IMG/VR virus record: IMGVR_UViG_3300044712_001160
Span: 3,169 to 67,168 of that record
Length of the DNA: 64,000 nucleotides
Source of the DNA: a virus
Direction: 5' to 3' (one strand)
Shown: one piece after another, positions 48,009-57,695 of the stretch
Position numbering within the stretch: position 1 is the stretch's first letter
How the letters are laid out: each line of letters starts with the position of its first letter
The notes under the pieces: generated by a model
What the model was told of the DNA's origin: nothing
The model's input: only the letters and a program-made list of their open reading frames with translations
Databases searched by the model: none
Position numbers and translations under genes: made by a program

Positions 48009-49469
48009 ATGCCTTTCACCTCAGGTAGCGTCAAGACACTTAATCAGGTCTTCAGCGCTATGACCACCTTCGCCGCAGCGAACGGCTGGACGATCCTCGA
48101 CGGCGCTCAGCATAATGGTGCGGTCAACACCTTTCCGCTGAACTACCGTTACTATCGACTTGTTCTTCGAAATCCGTTGAGCGGTAGCATACTTCAAATC
48201 TCGAAGCTTAAACTTAGGGCTACAGCCGGGGGCTCCAACCTGACGCTAACCCCCGCCATGCTCACCTTTACGCCGGATGACCTACTTACGGATCTTCCCG
48301 CCAACCTTCTCGATGATAGTTTTCTCACCCAAGTTGACCTCGAGCCTGACGACGCCGGCCCAATCAACGTGACCTTTGGCGCTAACCAGCTTCTTCGCCA
48401 AATCGTGATCGGAGTCACCACTGCAACCTACGGGCCTACCTCTGTGGAGGTTTATGCCTCACATGATGGGACGGCCAACAGCTGGATGCTTGCCCATATC
48501 TTTACTGGTCTCGTGTGGTCGGCGAACGAAGAAAAGCTGCTGACGCTTCCAGCCGACGGCAACTACTTCGCGTCGTCAACGCCCACAGGTGGCCCTCGTT
48601 TTCCCTGTGAGTATCGACTTCGTGGCCCCGGTTACGACGCGGCTCGTCGGGTGTATGTGAACTTTCGTCTGTGGCTTGATCTTACCTCAGGTAACTCCGG
48701 CTGCTACATGAACGGTGCTACGGACTACAATGCACTTATCCCCGAGATGCATCTACAGCAACAGGCATTGATCGTCACCAAGGAACCGGTTTTCGTTGTG
48801 GAGGCCGAGAGCGATGACATGGACTATTGGGTCTACGTCAATAGCTTACGTATTATCCTTGTGGTTCGATCAGCGACCGGTGACTACGCCTCTATGTATG
48901 CTGGCTTCGTGTCGGCCTTCGCAAACCCAGATCAGCACCCCAGCCCCCTGTATCTCGCGGGGACCTCGCCTAACACTTTCTATAACTGGGATGTGGCTAA
49001 CGCTTCCAACTCCTCATTCTTCGACCCGGGTACAGCTGGTGGTCAGATTCTTGAATGGGACGGACTTTGGAATGACGTAAGTAATAACCAGGTTGTTTCC
49101 CTTGCCGGTCACCAGCCCGCCTCTGAACCCCTTTACTGGGTCTATCCGTGGCACTTGGGCCTTGCGTTAAGTAGCTCCGCCTCTGCGCCACTCGGATTTC
49201 CCATGTCTGGCTGGTCCAACCAAGCCAACGGCTTTCACTGGCTGAAGAACTTTGTCGCCACACTTCAGGATGAGCTACCGGTACTCGATGCCATCATCTA
49301 CGGCCGGGAGTATGGCGCTGTTGGTAAGCTCCAGGGCGTTGTAGCCATACCCGGTAGCGCAAGCCTTGTGCCCGAACAAGTTTTGGTCATAGGCGGTCAG
49401 AACTACCGAGTCTTCCCCAAACGAGTCATCAGAGAGGACAGCCAGTGGTTTGCTGTCCAGGAGCTGTAA
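48009..49469 (+). CDS. Minor tail/virion protein with a discoidin (F5/8)-like insertion
   Basis: YuA/Chi-like post-TMP protein, YRYYRL...P....YASHDG..W insertion. Confidence 0.65.
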   Translation: MPFTSGSVKTLNQVFSAMTTFAAANGWTILDGAQHNGAVNTFPLNYRYYRLVLRNPLSGSILQISKLKLRATAGGSNLTLTPAMLTFTPDDLLTDLPANLLDDSFLTQVDLEPDDAGPINVTFGANQLLRQIVIGVTTATYGPTSVEVYASHDGTANSWMLAHIFTGLVWSANEEKLLTLPADGNYFASSTPTGGPRFPCEYRLRGPGYDAARRVYVNFRLWLDLTSGNSGCYMNGATDYNALIPEMHLQQQALIVTKEPVFVVEAESDDMDYWVYVNSLRIILVVRSATGDYASMYAGFVSAFANPDQHPSPLYLAGTSPNTFYNWDVANASNSSFFDPGTAGGQILEWDGLWNDVSNNQVVSLAGHQPASEPLYWVYPWHLGLALSSSASAPLGFPMSGWSNQANGFHWLKNFVATLQDELPVLDAIIYGREYGAVGKLQGVVAIPGSASLVPEQVLVIGGQNYRVFPKRVIREDSQWFAVQEL

Positions 49470-49472
49470 GAA

Positions 49473-50948
49473 ATGGCATACTCAACTGGCACCGGTACCC
49501 TTTCCGCAATGGTCGCCGCACTTGGCACCTTTGCTTTAGCAAATGGCTGGTCCCCGCCTACACCCGGTGCTCACCGCTGGTGGAGAATCTGCACTAACAG
49601 TACAGACTTTTCCTCCACGGGTAGCTACCAGCTTACCCTTGAATGGGTAGACTTCAAGAATAACGCCGGAGTTAGTGTTGGTACTCCCGGTACAATCATC
49701 GTTAGCGGTGCCCCCAGTACCGCAGCTAACGCCTTCGTCAATGACAACACCACCTGGACCCCCACTGTTGCCACCAGTGGCGAGGAAAACTATTTTATCG
49801 GCGGTGATTGGGGTTCACCTGTGGACGTTCGTCGTGTCACTATCCGAGCACCATTTGACCAAGCTGCACCCCGTTTAGTCTCCCTAGAATTCTCCGACGA
49901 CGGCATCAACTGGTCGCCCCTTCACTGCTTTCACCACGTGATCTACCCAGTGGATACAGATCAGACCTACACCTGGTCGAGTCTTACCTGGCCACTTTCC
50001 CCTGATGGTGAGCACTACTACGGAATGGGTGGGGACTACTCACCCACAACAAACTGGGTTTCATACTCGGATTACATCGCAGCCAATACAGCTTCATCCA
50101 TTCGAGCCTGTAATTTTCAGATCACCATGGGCAAGAGTGGTTTGGGCTTTGCAGGTACTGCCCTTGATACTCTTCTCTACCCCGTGGGTGATACGGATAT
50201 TGCGGAGTGGCACTTTTTTGCCGACACTACAGTAAGTAAGTACATCAATGTGGCCTTCAAGTATCAGTACAAGGGCGAGCCGCGTTGGTCCCACTGGATG
50301 ATGGGCGAAATTGACAAGAAGGGTCTTGGCCACAATGGTGTGTGTCACCTCAATGTGGACAACATGTACTTTTTCCCCAACAGCGATAGCAGTACCTCCA
50401 ACCTGAGTGTTCACTTTAAGTGGAGATGCCCCTTTATCCCCTACAATGTCTATAGTGCAGCAAGTGACAGGGTGGGCTCCTGGCGATTTAAGTCGGGGGG
50501 CGCCTACCCCGTTCCAAATGACGGTGCCTGGCCCAATAGAACAGATGTCCACAATAACTCCAGGATTGCCCCTACCCTTCTCATAACGCCAGGTGCTAAC
50601 GTATGGAATTCTGCCCTTCAATGGGGCGGGGCCTCCAATGGCAATACCTCATGGCCTGGTGCAAACGGATGGGGCAGTGAAGTTAACCCGGTCTCGGGGT
50701 TTGTAACGCTGGGCACCATACCATTCATCGTGAACGCCGGTAACGACTACGATGATCTCTTCTCCTACCTTGGTGAGTTTGCTGACGTTCGGTCGGTGAA
50801 CATCCGCTCGATGGCCGAGGGTGAGGAGATCACTGTGGGCACTGACACCTGGAAGTGTTTCCCAAGGCTTCGTCGCCTTACCTCTTATGTAACTCAATTC
50901 CAACCTGGTAGCGGATGGGCCGGCTGGGCGTATAGAAAGGTTGTCTGA
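49473..50948 (+). CDS. Minor tail/virion protein with a discoidin-like insertion
   Basis: MAYSTGT...FA.ANGW, HRWWRI...EFSDDGINW, C-terminal W..FP...GWAYRKV. Confidence 0.65.
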   Translation: MAYSTGTGTLSAMVAALGTFALANGWSPPTPGAHRWWRICTNSTDFSSTGSYQLTLEWVDFKNNAGVSVGTPGTIIVSGAPSTAANAFVNDNTTWTPTVATSGEENYFIGGDWGSPVDVRRVTIRAPFDQAAPRLVSLEFSDDGINWSPLHCFHHVIYPVDTDQTYTWSSLTWPLSPDGEHYYGMGGDYSPTTNWVSYSDYIAANTASSIRACNFQITMGKSGLGFAGTALDTLLYPVGDTDIAEWHFFADTTVSKYINVAFKYQYKGEPRWSHWMMGEIDKKGLGHNGVCHLNVDNMYFFPNSDSSTSNLSVHFKWRCPFIPYNVYSAASDRVGSWRFKSGGAYPVPNDGAWPNRTDVHNNSRIAPTLLITPGANVWNSALQWGGASNGNTSWPGANGWGSEVNPVSGFVTLGTIPFIVNAGNDYDDLFSYLGEFADVRSVNIRSMAEGEEITVGTDTWKCFPRLRRLTSYVTQFQPGSGWAGWAYRKVV

Positions 50949-52636
50949 TGCCGACATTCTTCAACACCCTCGAGGAAGTCATAGCCGGCTATCACGACCA
51001 TGGCACTAACTTTGATGCCTTGATGACCTGGCATGAGTACGCCACCGACGGTGCTCTTGATGCTGGTCGTAAGGTTATCTATACTTCACCCGGTTCAAAC
51101 CCCGACCTTGTGCCTATCCGAACCCACTTTATGCGGATTGACGACAGTAACCCGCACCGGGAATTCCACTATCGGTTCATTCCAGTCCCTGATCCGCTGC
51201 TTCTCAATAACCCGCCCTTCAACACCAATATCCCATGGCGTCTGTGGAATACCTTCCCAGAGGGTGACACCTCTACAGTCGCCACCCTTACAGGCATTGG
51301 TGCTGGGTTCGTGATCGCCGACTATGCTGTATCTCAACTAATTCGTGATTTTGAGTGGAAGCTCTACAACATTCAGGTGTTCCCGGGCATCAACACCATT
51401 GACGTTGATCTCTTCGGCGACTACACCCAGGGCGACTTCACTCTGGACATTATCGGCCGCATTGTTCTTGATATTGCTCTCTTTCCCGAAGATGACACCG
51501 TTGAAGAGAAGTGGAAGTGGGGCACTCGGGTGATGGTCGCTTGGGATTCCACAGAACAACGGGTTCGATATGCACCGGCTCCTCACCGTAAGGTATCTAT
51601 GGAGTACGTGCTCGACGAGCCCGAGGTAGTTGATCAGCTTTACCGGCTGTATCAATCCATCACCAGTGCGGTGACCGTGCCGTTCTTCCAGCACATGACC
51701 TACATAACGGCTGAGTCGCTAGCACTTACGGATCGGGTTTACTTCGACCCAACCCGAACTAATCTTCGAGCCGGTGATCAGATTTACATTGTGGATGAGC
51801 TGTTCAATTTCAACGCCATCATCCTGACCATTCTTCAGATGGAAATTGATGGCTGCACCACGGATACCCTGCTAGCTCAGCCCATTCAACCAGGGTGGAT
51901 CATCTGTCCGTCCAACGCAATTTACCTTGACCGGCCTCAGGTTGAGATTGACAAGGTCACCGGCGCCCTTCGTGTAACTGGCGAGGTGATCAACCGTAAT
52001 CGAGTGGTGAGCCGCGAGAGTGCCGGCATCACGCTGCCGACCTTTAACTCGCTTCTGGTACTAGATCGTAAGGTGCGGGCTGGTATCACTCGAGCTCAAG
52101 AAGTTATCTTTGAAGAGCAGTCCACTGAGTTCGGCCCTCGTGATCGTGCTCCGATCTGGGCTCAACCCAAACTTCTTCAATCCGCTAGCTTTACAGCTCG
52201 GCTTCAGGGTGACATGTCCGAGTACGATTGGGCTACCACCTTCTTTGATGCAGTGGCTGGTCAGCTTAAAGCTTTCTACATGGCCTCGAAGACAAACGAC
52301 CTGGCCCTTTACGTTCCACCCACTGATGGCTCTTCGGCCATCAACGTTCGTGGTACTGACTACGTAATCTACATTCAGGACGAGATTTACAAGCAACTCG
52401 AAATCGAGTATGCTGATGGTACATACACCTGGCACAACACGAACACCGCAACACCGCAACCCGATGGCACCACCATTATCTCGTTGCTTGAACCCCTGCC
52501 ACTCGACGTTACCTCAAGGCCCATCGTTCGAGTTAGCTATCTATACCGAGTTCGGCTAGCCACCGATGAGGTAACAGTTAAGTATCGGAACAACCGCGCT
52601 GTCTTCTCGTTCTCAGTACTAGGAACCCGTCAATGA
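50948..52636 (+). CDS. Distal tail protein, putative
   Basis: E...W.T.V......EQR and G....F motifs typical of Chi/YuA-type Dit. Confidence 0.65.
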   Translation: MPTFFNTLEEVIAGYHDHGTNFDALMTWHEYATDGALDAGRKVIYTSPGSNPDLVPIRTHFMRIDDSNPHREFHYRFIPVPDPLLLNNPPFNTNIPWRLWNTFPEGDTSTVATLTGIGAGFVIADYAVSQLIRDFEWKLYNIQVFPGINTIDVDLFGDYTQGDFTLDIIGRIVLDIALFPEDDTVEEKWKWGTRVMVAWDSTEQRVRYAPAPHRKVSMEYVLDEPEVVDQLYRLYQSITSAVTVPFFQHMTYITAESLALTDRVYFDPTRTNLRAGDQIYIVDELFNFNAIILTILQMEIDGCTTDTLLAQPIQPGWIICPSNAIYLDRPQVEIDKVTGALRVTGEVINRNRVVSRESAGITLPTFNSLLVLDRKVRAGITRAQEVIFEEQSTEFGPRDRAPIWAQPKLLQSASFTARLQGDMSEYDWATTFFDAVAGQLKAFYMASKTNDLALYVPPTDGSSAINVRGTDYVIYIQDEIYKQLEIEYADGTYTWHNTNTATPQPDGTTIISLLEPLPLDVTSRPIVRVSYLYRVRLATDEVTVKYRNNRAVFSFSVLGTRQ

Positions 52637-53451
52637 CCTATGAGACTTTCGAAGAATCCGACGACGACGGCTTTGCAGTTGAGCTGTATCTCTTTGAAGG
52701 TAGCTTTGAGGACTTTGCGCTTACAAGCTACCCGACGTCCTACCCGTATCTTCTTCGGACCTACGTGCCGACGCCTGGCCTAAAACGCCGGAACATCAAG
52801 ATCGACGCTGCCGGCGGCTCATCATCGGGCGCCCTTGAAGTGGAGATCCCATACGATCACCCACTTGCCAGCGCCTATGCCTTTACGAACACCCCACCGG
52901 ACCTCACGTTGACGCTTTACCGCGGTCACGCCAGTGACCCCGACGGCGAGTTTCGTGTCCTGTGGACAGGGCCCGTCACCAGCTGGGCAGTTCAAGGTCG
53001 AGTGGCTAAGCTCCGGATACCCAGCTCCTTTGACGAAGCGCTTGAACGTCCAATTCCGGGTATCCGTTGGCAAGGTCCCTGTAACCATCTTCTGTATGAC
53101 TCACGCTGTGGTGTAAGCCGGCTGCTTCATCAGCATACGGCAGTCATAGTGGCGGTGTCGGGTGTCAACGTCACTCTCGCTAGCTTACCGTGGACCGGTA
53201 CTGATGGAGATGGTGGTGAGATGGTGAACAGCGTCACTGGCGAACGTCGCACCATCGTGAGCCATGCCGGCGCTGTCGTGACGCTGAAGCTGCCCTTCTC
53301 CCGAGCTGAAGACGGTGACCTTGTAACTGTCTATAAAGGTTGCGACCACACCTTCGCCACCTGCCAATCCAAGTTCAGCAACGGCAATAACTTCCTCGGC
53401 TTTCCGCTCGTGCCGGGGATCAACCCGTTCTCCACAGGTAGAATCCGATGA
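52633..53451 (+). CDS. Baseplate hub (DUF2163/BR0599 family)
   Basis: C.H.LYD.RCGV and GCDHTFATC.SKFSN..NF.GFP..P. Confidence 0.88.
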   Translation: MTYETFEESDDDGFAVELYLFEGSFEDFALTSYPTSYPYLLRTYVPTPGLKRRNIKIDAAGGSSSGALEVEIPYDHPLASAYAFTNTPPDLTLTLYRGHASDPDGEFRVLWTGPVTSWAVQGRVAKLRIPSSFDEALERPIPGIRWQGPCNHLLYDSRCGVSRLLHQHTAVIVAVSGVNVTLASLPWTGTDGDGGEMVNSVTGERRTIVSHAGAVVTLKLPFSRAEDGDLVTVYKGCDHTFATCQSKFSNGNNFLGFPLVPGINPFSTGRIR

Positions 53452-56177
53452 TCCTTCCCTACATATTCCTCTTCATCGCTTCCGCGATCATCTTCAGCTT
53501 GCTGATCCCCAAGCCCAAGATCGAGGACGCGAAGGCGCAGGAGTTTGACGAGAACGGCTTTCCCAAGGCCACCGAGAATTCGCCGATTCCGTACCTCATA
53601 GGTAAGACTAGGCTTGAGTCTCCGAACACCCTCTACGCCGGTGACTATCGGTTTGAGGAGGTAACTGAAAAAGTCAAGACCGGCTTGTTCAGCTCCAAGA
53701 AGGTTGTTGTCGGCTACAAGTACTATCTCACATTTGACCTGGGTCTCTGCTTGGGTGACAGCAACGGCTGCACCCTTCATGAGATCTGGATGGACGACAA
53801 GCTTATCTGGACCGGAACTGTCACGAATGACACGCCTTTCGCCGTAGGTGATCTGGAGCTGTTTGGTGGCGAGGGTAACGGCGGCGGCTTTCAAGCAACG
53901 TGTCGCTTCTTTCCAGGCAACTTCACCCAGCTGCCCGGGATCGTTGGGCACCCGGCCTATCGAGGCGTTGCTCACATCGTCTTCTACGATGCCTACCTGG
54001 GCGAACAGCCTCAGCTTCGTAAGGTCTCCTTCGTTGTGTCCCGATTCACGAACCGACTGGGTCTCTCGGGCGGTGAACAACTAATTGGAACTGAGTCAAC
54101 TAATCTTGCTGAAGCAGCTTACGAGCTGATCAACTCCCAGTGGGGCGGCATGGGCCTCCACCTTGACTACATCGACGGCCCCAACTTCATCTCTCGTGCC
54201 GGTCTTTTCTTTGATGAAGGTCAGGGTGTTGCGGGTGCCGTTCAGAATGGGACCGAGGGTCGGTCAGTTATTCAGGAGTTCATGAAGCAGGCCGACTCAA
54301 TCCTTTCTGTGGATCCAGCCACCAACAAGCTGATCATCGTTCCGCTTCGAGCTGATTATGACGTGGGTACCCTGCCGATCTACAATGAGACTAACATAGA
54401 GGGTGTTGAGAACTTCACTCAAACGATGTGGGCTGAGCTTGTGAGTCAAGTCAAGGTTGGCTTCAAGGATCCAAGTAATAACTACCAGGACTCCACCGCT
54501 ATCGCCCAGGACTTAGCGGTGGCAAACATCACCGGTAATCTCAAAACGGTGAGCATCTCGCTACCCTTCTGTAAAGACGCTAACATAGCGAACACCGTTG
54601 CCGCTCGAGAGCTTAACCAGCTTTCGCAGATTGCCACGTTCGCTAAGTTCCGAATGAACCGCAAGGGCTTCCGCCTTCGCCCGGGTTCAGTGTTCAAGTT
54701 TAGCTGGGCAGACTACAACCTTCAAGAGATGGTGATGCGAGTTCGTAGCTTCGAGGAGGGCGATGATCAGGATCCCTTCCTCGTTGTAGACTGCGCGCGT
54801 GACACCTTCGACAATCGTAATACCGCCATCTCCGCACCGTCCTCCGGTGTGTCGGCTCCACTAACCCAAGCGCCGCTGCCCATCACTGTCTATGACTACT
54901 TCGATGCCCCTCAGTTCCTTGTGGATGAAGCCGGCAGTTCAGTGTTCGGCGCTGCCACCGCTTCATTCATCATGATGCTGCCTCAGAAGGCCGACAATAT
55001 ATCGGTTAGCGTGTCAGCTACGATTGACGACTTCACAATGTTTTCCGCGGCGCCCTTCCCTGTGGTGGGCTTCGCTAACACCGTGGTCGCCATTGACGAC
55101 TATGCCGATACGATGATCATCCCGTCCTTTACCATCACGGGTCTTACGGATCTCGAGATTGATCAATTTGCTAATGCCACCGTTACTCAGGTTCGCCAGG
55201 GCTTCAACCTTCTGTGGATTAACGGTGAACTGCTGTCCTATCAGTCTTTTGTGGATAACCTCAACGGCTCTGTTACACTGTCCAATGTCCACAGGGCACT
55301 GCTGAATACCCGCCAGCAAGACATTGGCATCGGTGACGCGGTCTACCTTATTGATCTGTCCACACTCTCGACCATCGAGATCGACGCCGCCACCACTCCA
55401 GCATCCGTTCGCATGATGCCCTCGTCCGGTGCTGTAACCCTCAGCCCAGGCAGCGTGGCGCCGATTAACATCCCGCTTCAGAATGCTTACTATCGTCCCG
55501 ACCCGCCGGACTACACCACTGTAAATGGGCTTCGAGTTCAGACGGGTTTCATCGACGATTGGGCCACAATTAACGTTTCCTGGCGACCTCGGGATAAGTC
55601 ACTACCCAGTGTTCGACTTGCACCCGATGCCGCGGACACTGCACCCGCAGGTACTACATACGACCTTTATGCCTTCAACGTTACCGATGGTGGGCCGGCA
55701 ATTTACAGTTCGCTAGGCATCGTGGGTACTTCCCATAGCTTTGCCTTCACCGACTTCTACCCCGGGGACACCATTGAGATTAGGGTCTACGCTAAGAAGG
55801 ACGGTCTCACCAGCATCGAGTATGACCCTATCTGGTTTGAGGTTAATCCGGTAAACCCGACCCAGCGGGTAGCGGCACTCGAGCGGTTTACCCTGATCAG
55901 CCGACAGGCCGAACAGCAAGTGGCCGCACTTAGCCGCTACACCCTTATCTCAATGGGCGGTGGCGAACAGCGGGTAGCGGCACTAGATCGCTTCACCCTC
56001 ATCAAGCAACCACTTAACCTGCAGCAAGTGGCCTCACTAGAACGCTTCACCCTTATTGAGCAAGTACTCGAGTTACAGCAGGTAGCTGCCCTAAACCGCT
56101 ACACCATCGTCGAGCAACCCGTTGAAATGCAGCAGGTAGCTGCGCTAGAACGCTTCACCATCGTAAGGATGCCGTAA
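53448..56177 (+). CDS. Tail tip/host-specificity protein (Phage-tail_3-like) with six C-terminal repeats
   Basis: P.A.E..PIP...G, PAYRGVAH, N.AE..YE, and QxVAALxRFTLI x6. Confidence 0.8.
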   Translation: MILPYIFLFIASAIIFSLLIPKPKIEDAKAQEFDENGFPKATENSPIPYLIGKTRLESPNTLYAGDYRFEEVTEKVKTGLFSSKKVVVGYKYYLTFDLGLCLGDSNGCTLHEIWMDDKLIWTGTVTNDTPFAVGDLELFGGEGNGGGFQATCRFFPGNFTQLPGIVGHPAYRGVAHIVFYDAYLGEQPQLRKVSFVVSRFTNRLGLSGGEQLIGTESTNLAEAAYELINSQWGGMGLHLDYIDGPNFISRAGLFFDEGQGVAGAVQNGTEGRSVIQEFMKQADSILSVDPATNKLIIVPLRADYDVGTLPIYNETNIEGVENFTQTMWAELVSQVKVGFKDPSNNYQDSTAIAQDLAVANITGNLKTVSISLPFCKDANIANTVAARELNQLSQIATFAKFRMNRKGFRLRPGSVFKFSWADYNLQEMVMRVRSFEEGDDQDPFLVVDCARDTFDNRNTAISAPSSGVSAPLTQAPLPITVYDYFDAPQFLVDEAGSSVFGAATASFIMMLPQKADNISVSVSATIDDFTMFSAAPFPVVGFANTVVAIDDYADTMIIPSFTITGLTDLEIDQFANATVTQVRQGFNLLWINGELLSYQSFVDNLNGSVTLSNVHRALLNTRQQDIGIGDAVYLIDLSTLSTIEIDAATTPASVRMMPSSGAVTLSPGSVAPINIPLQNAYYRPDPPDYTTVNGLRVQTGFIDDWATINVSWRPRDKSLPSVRLAPDAADTAPAGTTYDLYAFNVTDGGPAIYSSLGIVGTSHSFAFTDFYPGDTIEIRVYAKKDGLTSIEYDPIWFEVNPVNPTQRVAALERFTLISRQAEQQVAALSRYTLISMGGGEQRVAALDRFTLIKQPLNLQQVASLERFTLIEQVLELQQVAALNRYTIVEQPVEMQQVAALERFTIVRMP
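55861..56165 (+). repeat. Six ~17-19-codon repeats encoding Q(R/Q)VA(A/S)L.R(F/Y)T(L/I)(I/V)
   Basis: Visible in both protein and DNA (cagcgggtagcggcact, cgcttcaccct). Confidence 0.85.
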
Positions 56178-56178
56178 A

Positions 56179-57204
56179 ATGCCCATGCCAGACTTCTTCT
56201 TTCTCTCCGACAGTGCCGGGACTGTCACCACGCCTGCTCAGGTAGGCTCATCTTCTAACACTTCCCTGGTGACCGCCGTTCTTGACTACGTTAGAAGCCA
56301 CATGGAGCTAACGGGTGGTACTACCCGACCCTCCGTATCCTTTAACATTGCCTCGGGCTCCTACAGCTCCGGATGGCTTCGATTCTCGTTCGGTGGTAAC
56401 AATACCATTCTAGTCAATAACGACCCCATTCTTATACTTAGGGGTGCCACATCAGATCTATTCCGGTTTGTGGCCAAAACCTCACCGGCTAATTCCTGGG
56501 CAGCTGAGTATTGGAACGGCTCGGCGTGGGTTCAGATTGGTGCCATTCAGTCGTCGCCGAGCTTCACTGCGGATAAGGTCTGTAACGTTCGGTGGGTTAT
56601 CGCCGACTCCGGCGGCGAGTTCCGAGTCTACATCAACGGGTCCGAAGTGATTACGCTTACGGGGGACACAAGGTTTACAGCTGACACCACCATCAATACC
56701 GTCGAGTTTAGGCCGCCATACAACACAGGCGGTAATGCCATGAGGGTCTACTATGGCGTCATAGTGGACGACGCCGACACCCGTGGTCTCTACATAGATG
56801 AGTCTCAGACACTGGCCAACGGCGCGGAAACTGGCTTCCTTAACGCAGAAGTAGACATCGACGAGTTCTTGGGTTCCTTTGTTGCCACGGACTTCATCAT
56901 CGCCAACGCCGCTAACCAGCGAGAAACTTACACCTTCAACAGCATTAACGCCGGCCTAGCGGGCGGTACTGTTGAGGCCGTGATGGTGGGTATTACCGCA
57001 CGGTCTGTCACTGATCCAGGCCTACTTCTCAAAGGTACTGCAAGGGTCGGCGGAACGAACTATGACACCGCATCGGGTACTAGACCCACCGCTGTGGACT
57101 GGGGCGACTATCGGTTCGTGTTCGAGAATAACCCGGCCACCTCCTCACCATGGACACAAGCTGAGGTAAACGCTGCTGAATTTGGCCTGAAATCGGAAGC
57201 CTGA
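56179..57204 (+). CDS. Receptor-binding/tail appendage protein with a concanavalin/LamG-like domain
   Basis: Beta-rich, GEFRVYING.EV...GDT, C-terminal NPAT..PWT.AEVNAAEFG. Confidence 0.6.
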   Translation: MPMPDFFFLSDSAGTVTTPAQVGSSSNTSLVTAVLDYVRSHMELTGGTTRPSVSFNIASGSYSSGWLRFSFGGNNTILVNNDPILILRGATSDLFRFVAKTSPANSWAAEYWNGSAWVQIGAIQSSPSFTADKVCNVRWVIADSGGEFRVYINGSEVITLTGDTRFTADTTINTVEFRPPYNTGGNAMRVYYGVIVDDADTRGLYIDESQTLANGAETGFLNAEVDIDEFLGSFVATDFIIANAANQRETYTFNSINAGLAGGTVEAVMVGITARSVTDPGLLLKGTARVGGTNYDTASGTRPTAVDWGDYRFVFENNPATSSPWTQAEVNAAEFGLKSEA

Positions 57205-57210
57205 GACGCT

Positions 57211-57258
57211 ATCCGGGTCGTGCGCGGGTACCCTACGTATCACATGCACGACCCGGAT
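57211..57258. terminator. 13-bp perfect inverted repeat at the convergent tail/lysis junction
   Basis: ATCCGGGTCGTGC...GCACGACCCGGAT, no U-tract. Confidence 0.5.
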
Positions 57259-57292
57259 TCCTGGGCGAAAATTCACGCCTCCTTGACACGCT

Positions 57293-57502
57293 TCAAGGAC
57301 GCCAGTTACACCGACGTTCACCTAACGTGTTATGGGCTAGAACGTCACCCGCAAACTGTGGCTCGTTATCAAACAACCAATCCACAGAAGAATCACTCGC
57401 CAGCCGTAGCGGCTTGGCGGCGTCGCAGAACTCGGGCTTAACGCACCCAGCGACGAAGAGCGTCCCGACGATCAGCGGGAGACATGCGGCGGATATCCTC
57501 AT
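57293..57502 (-). CDS. o-spanin (lipoprotein)
   Basis: Lipobox FVAGC then FC...HN..G.R.C.W, overlapping the i-spanin. Confidence 0.75.
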   Translation of the reverse strand: MRISAACLPLIVGTLFVAGCVKPEFCDAAKPLRLASDSSVDWLFDNEPQFAGDVLAHNTLGERRCNWRP

Positions 57503-57695
57503 CGACCTTGATCCTTTCACGAAGTGTCTCGAGCCGTTGAAGTGTTCGATCAAGCTTCTCATCCTTACGGCCCTTTCTATAGATGAGAGCCACGACCACC
57601 AGAGCGATAGCTACAAGGATCGCCAGCAATGTCAACCGGCGACCCCAAGCACTGCCCATTAGTGTTCCAGCAAGCCAAGTCATTAACGTTTCCAC
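57438..57695 (-). CDS. i-spanin
   Basis: N-terminal TM helix followed by a charged coiled coil. Confidence 0.7.
   Translation of the reverse strand: METLMTWLAGTLMGSAWGRRLTLLAILVAIALVVVALIYRKGRKDEKLDRTLQRLETLRERIKVDEDIRRMSPADRRDALRRWVR

Noticed and set aside
53448-57204. Diversity-generating retroelement
   Set aside because: No reverse transcriptase, and the tail repeats differ at all bases rather than only at adenines.
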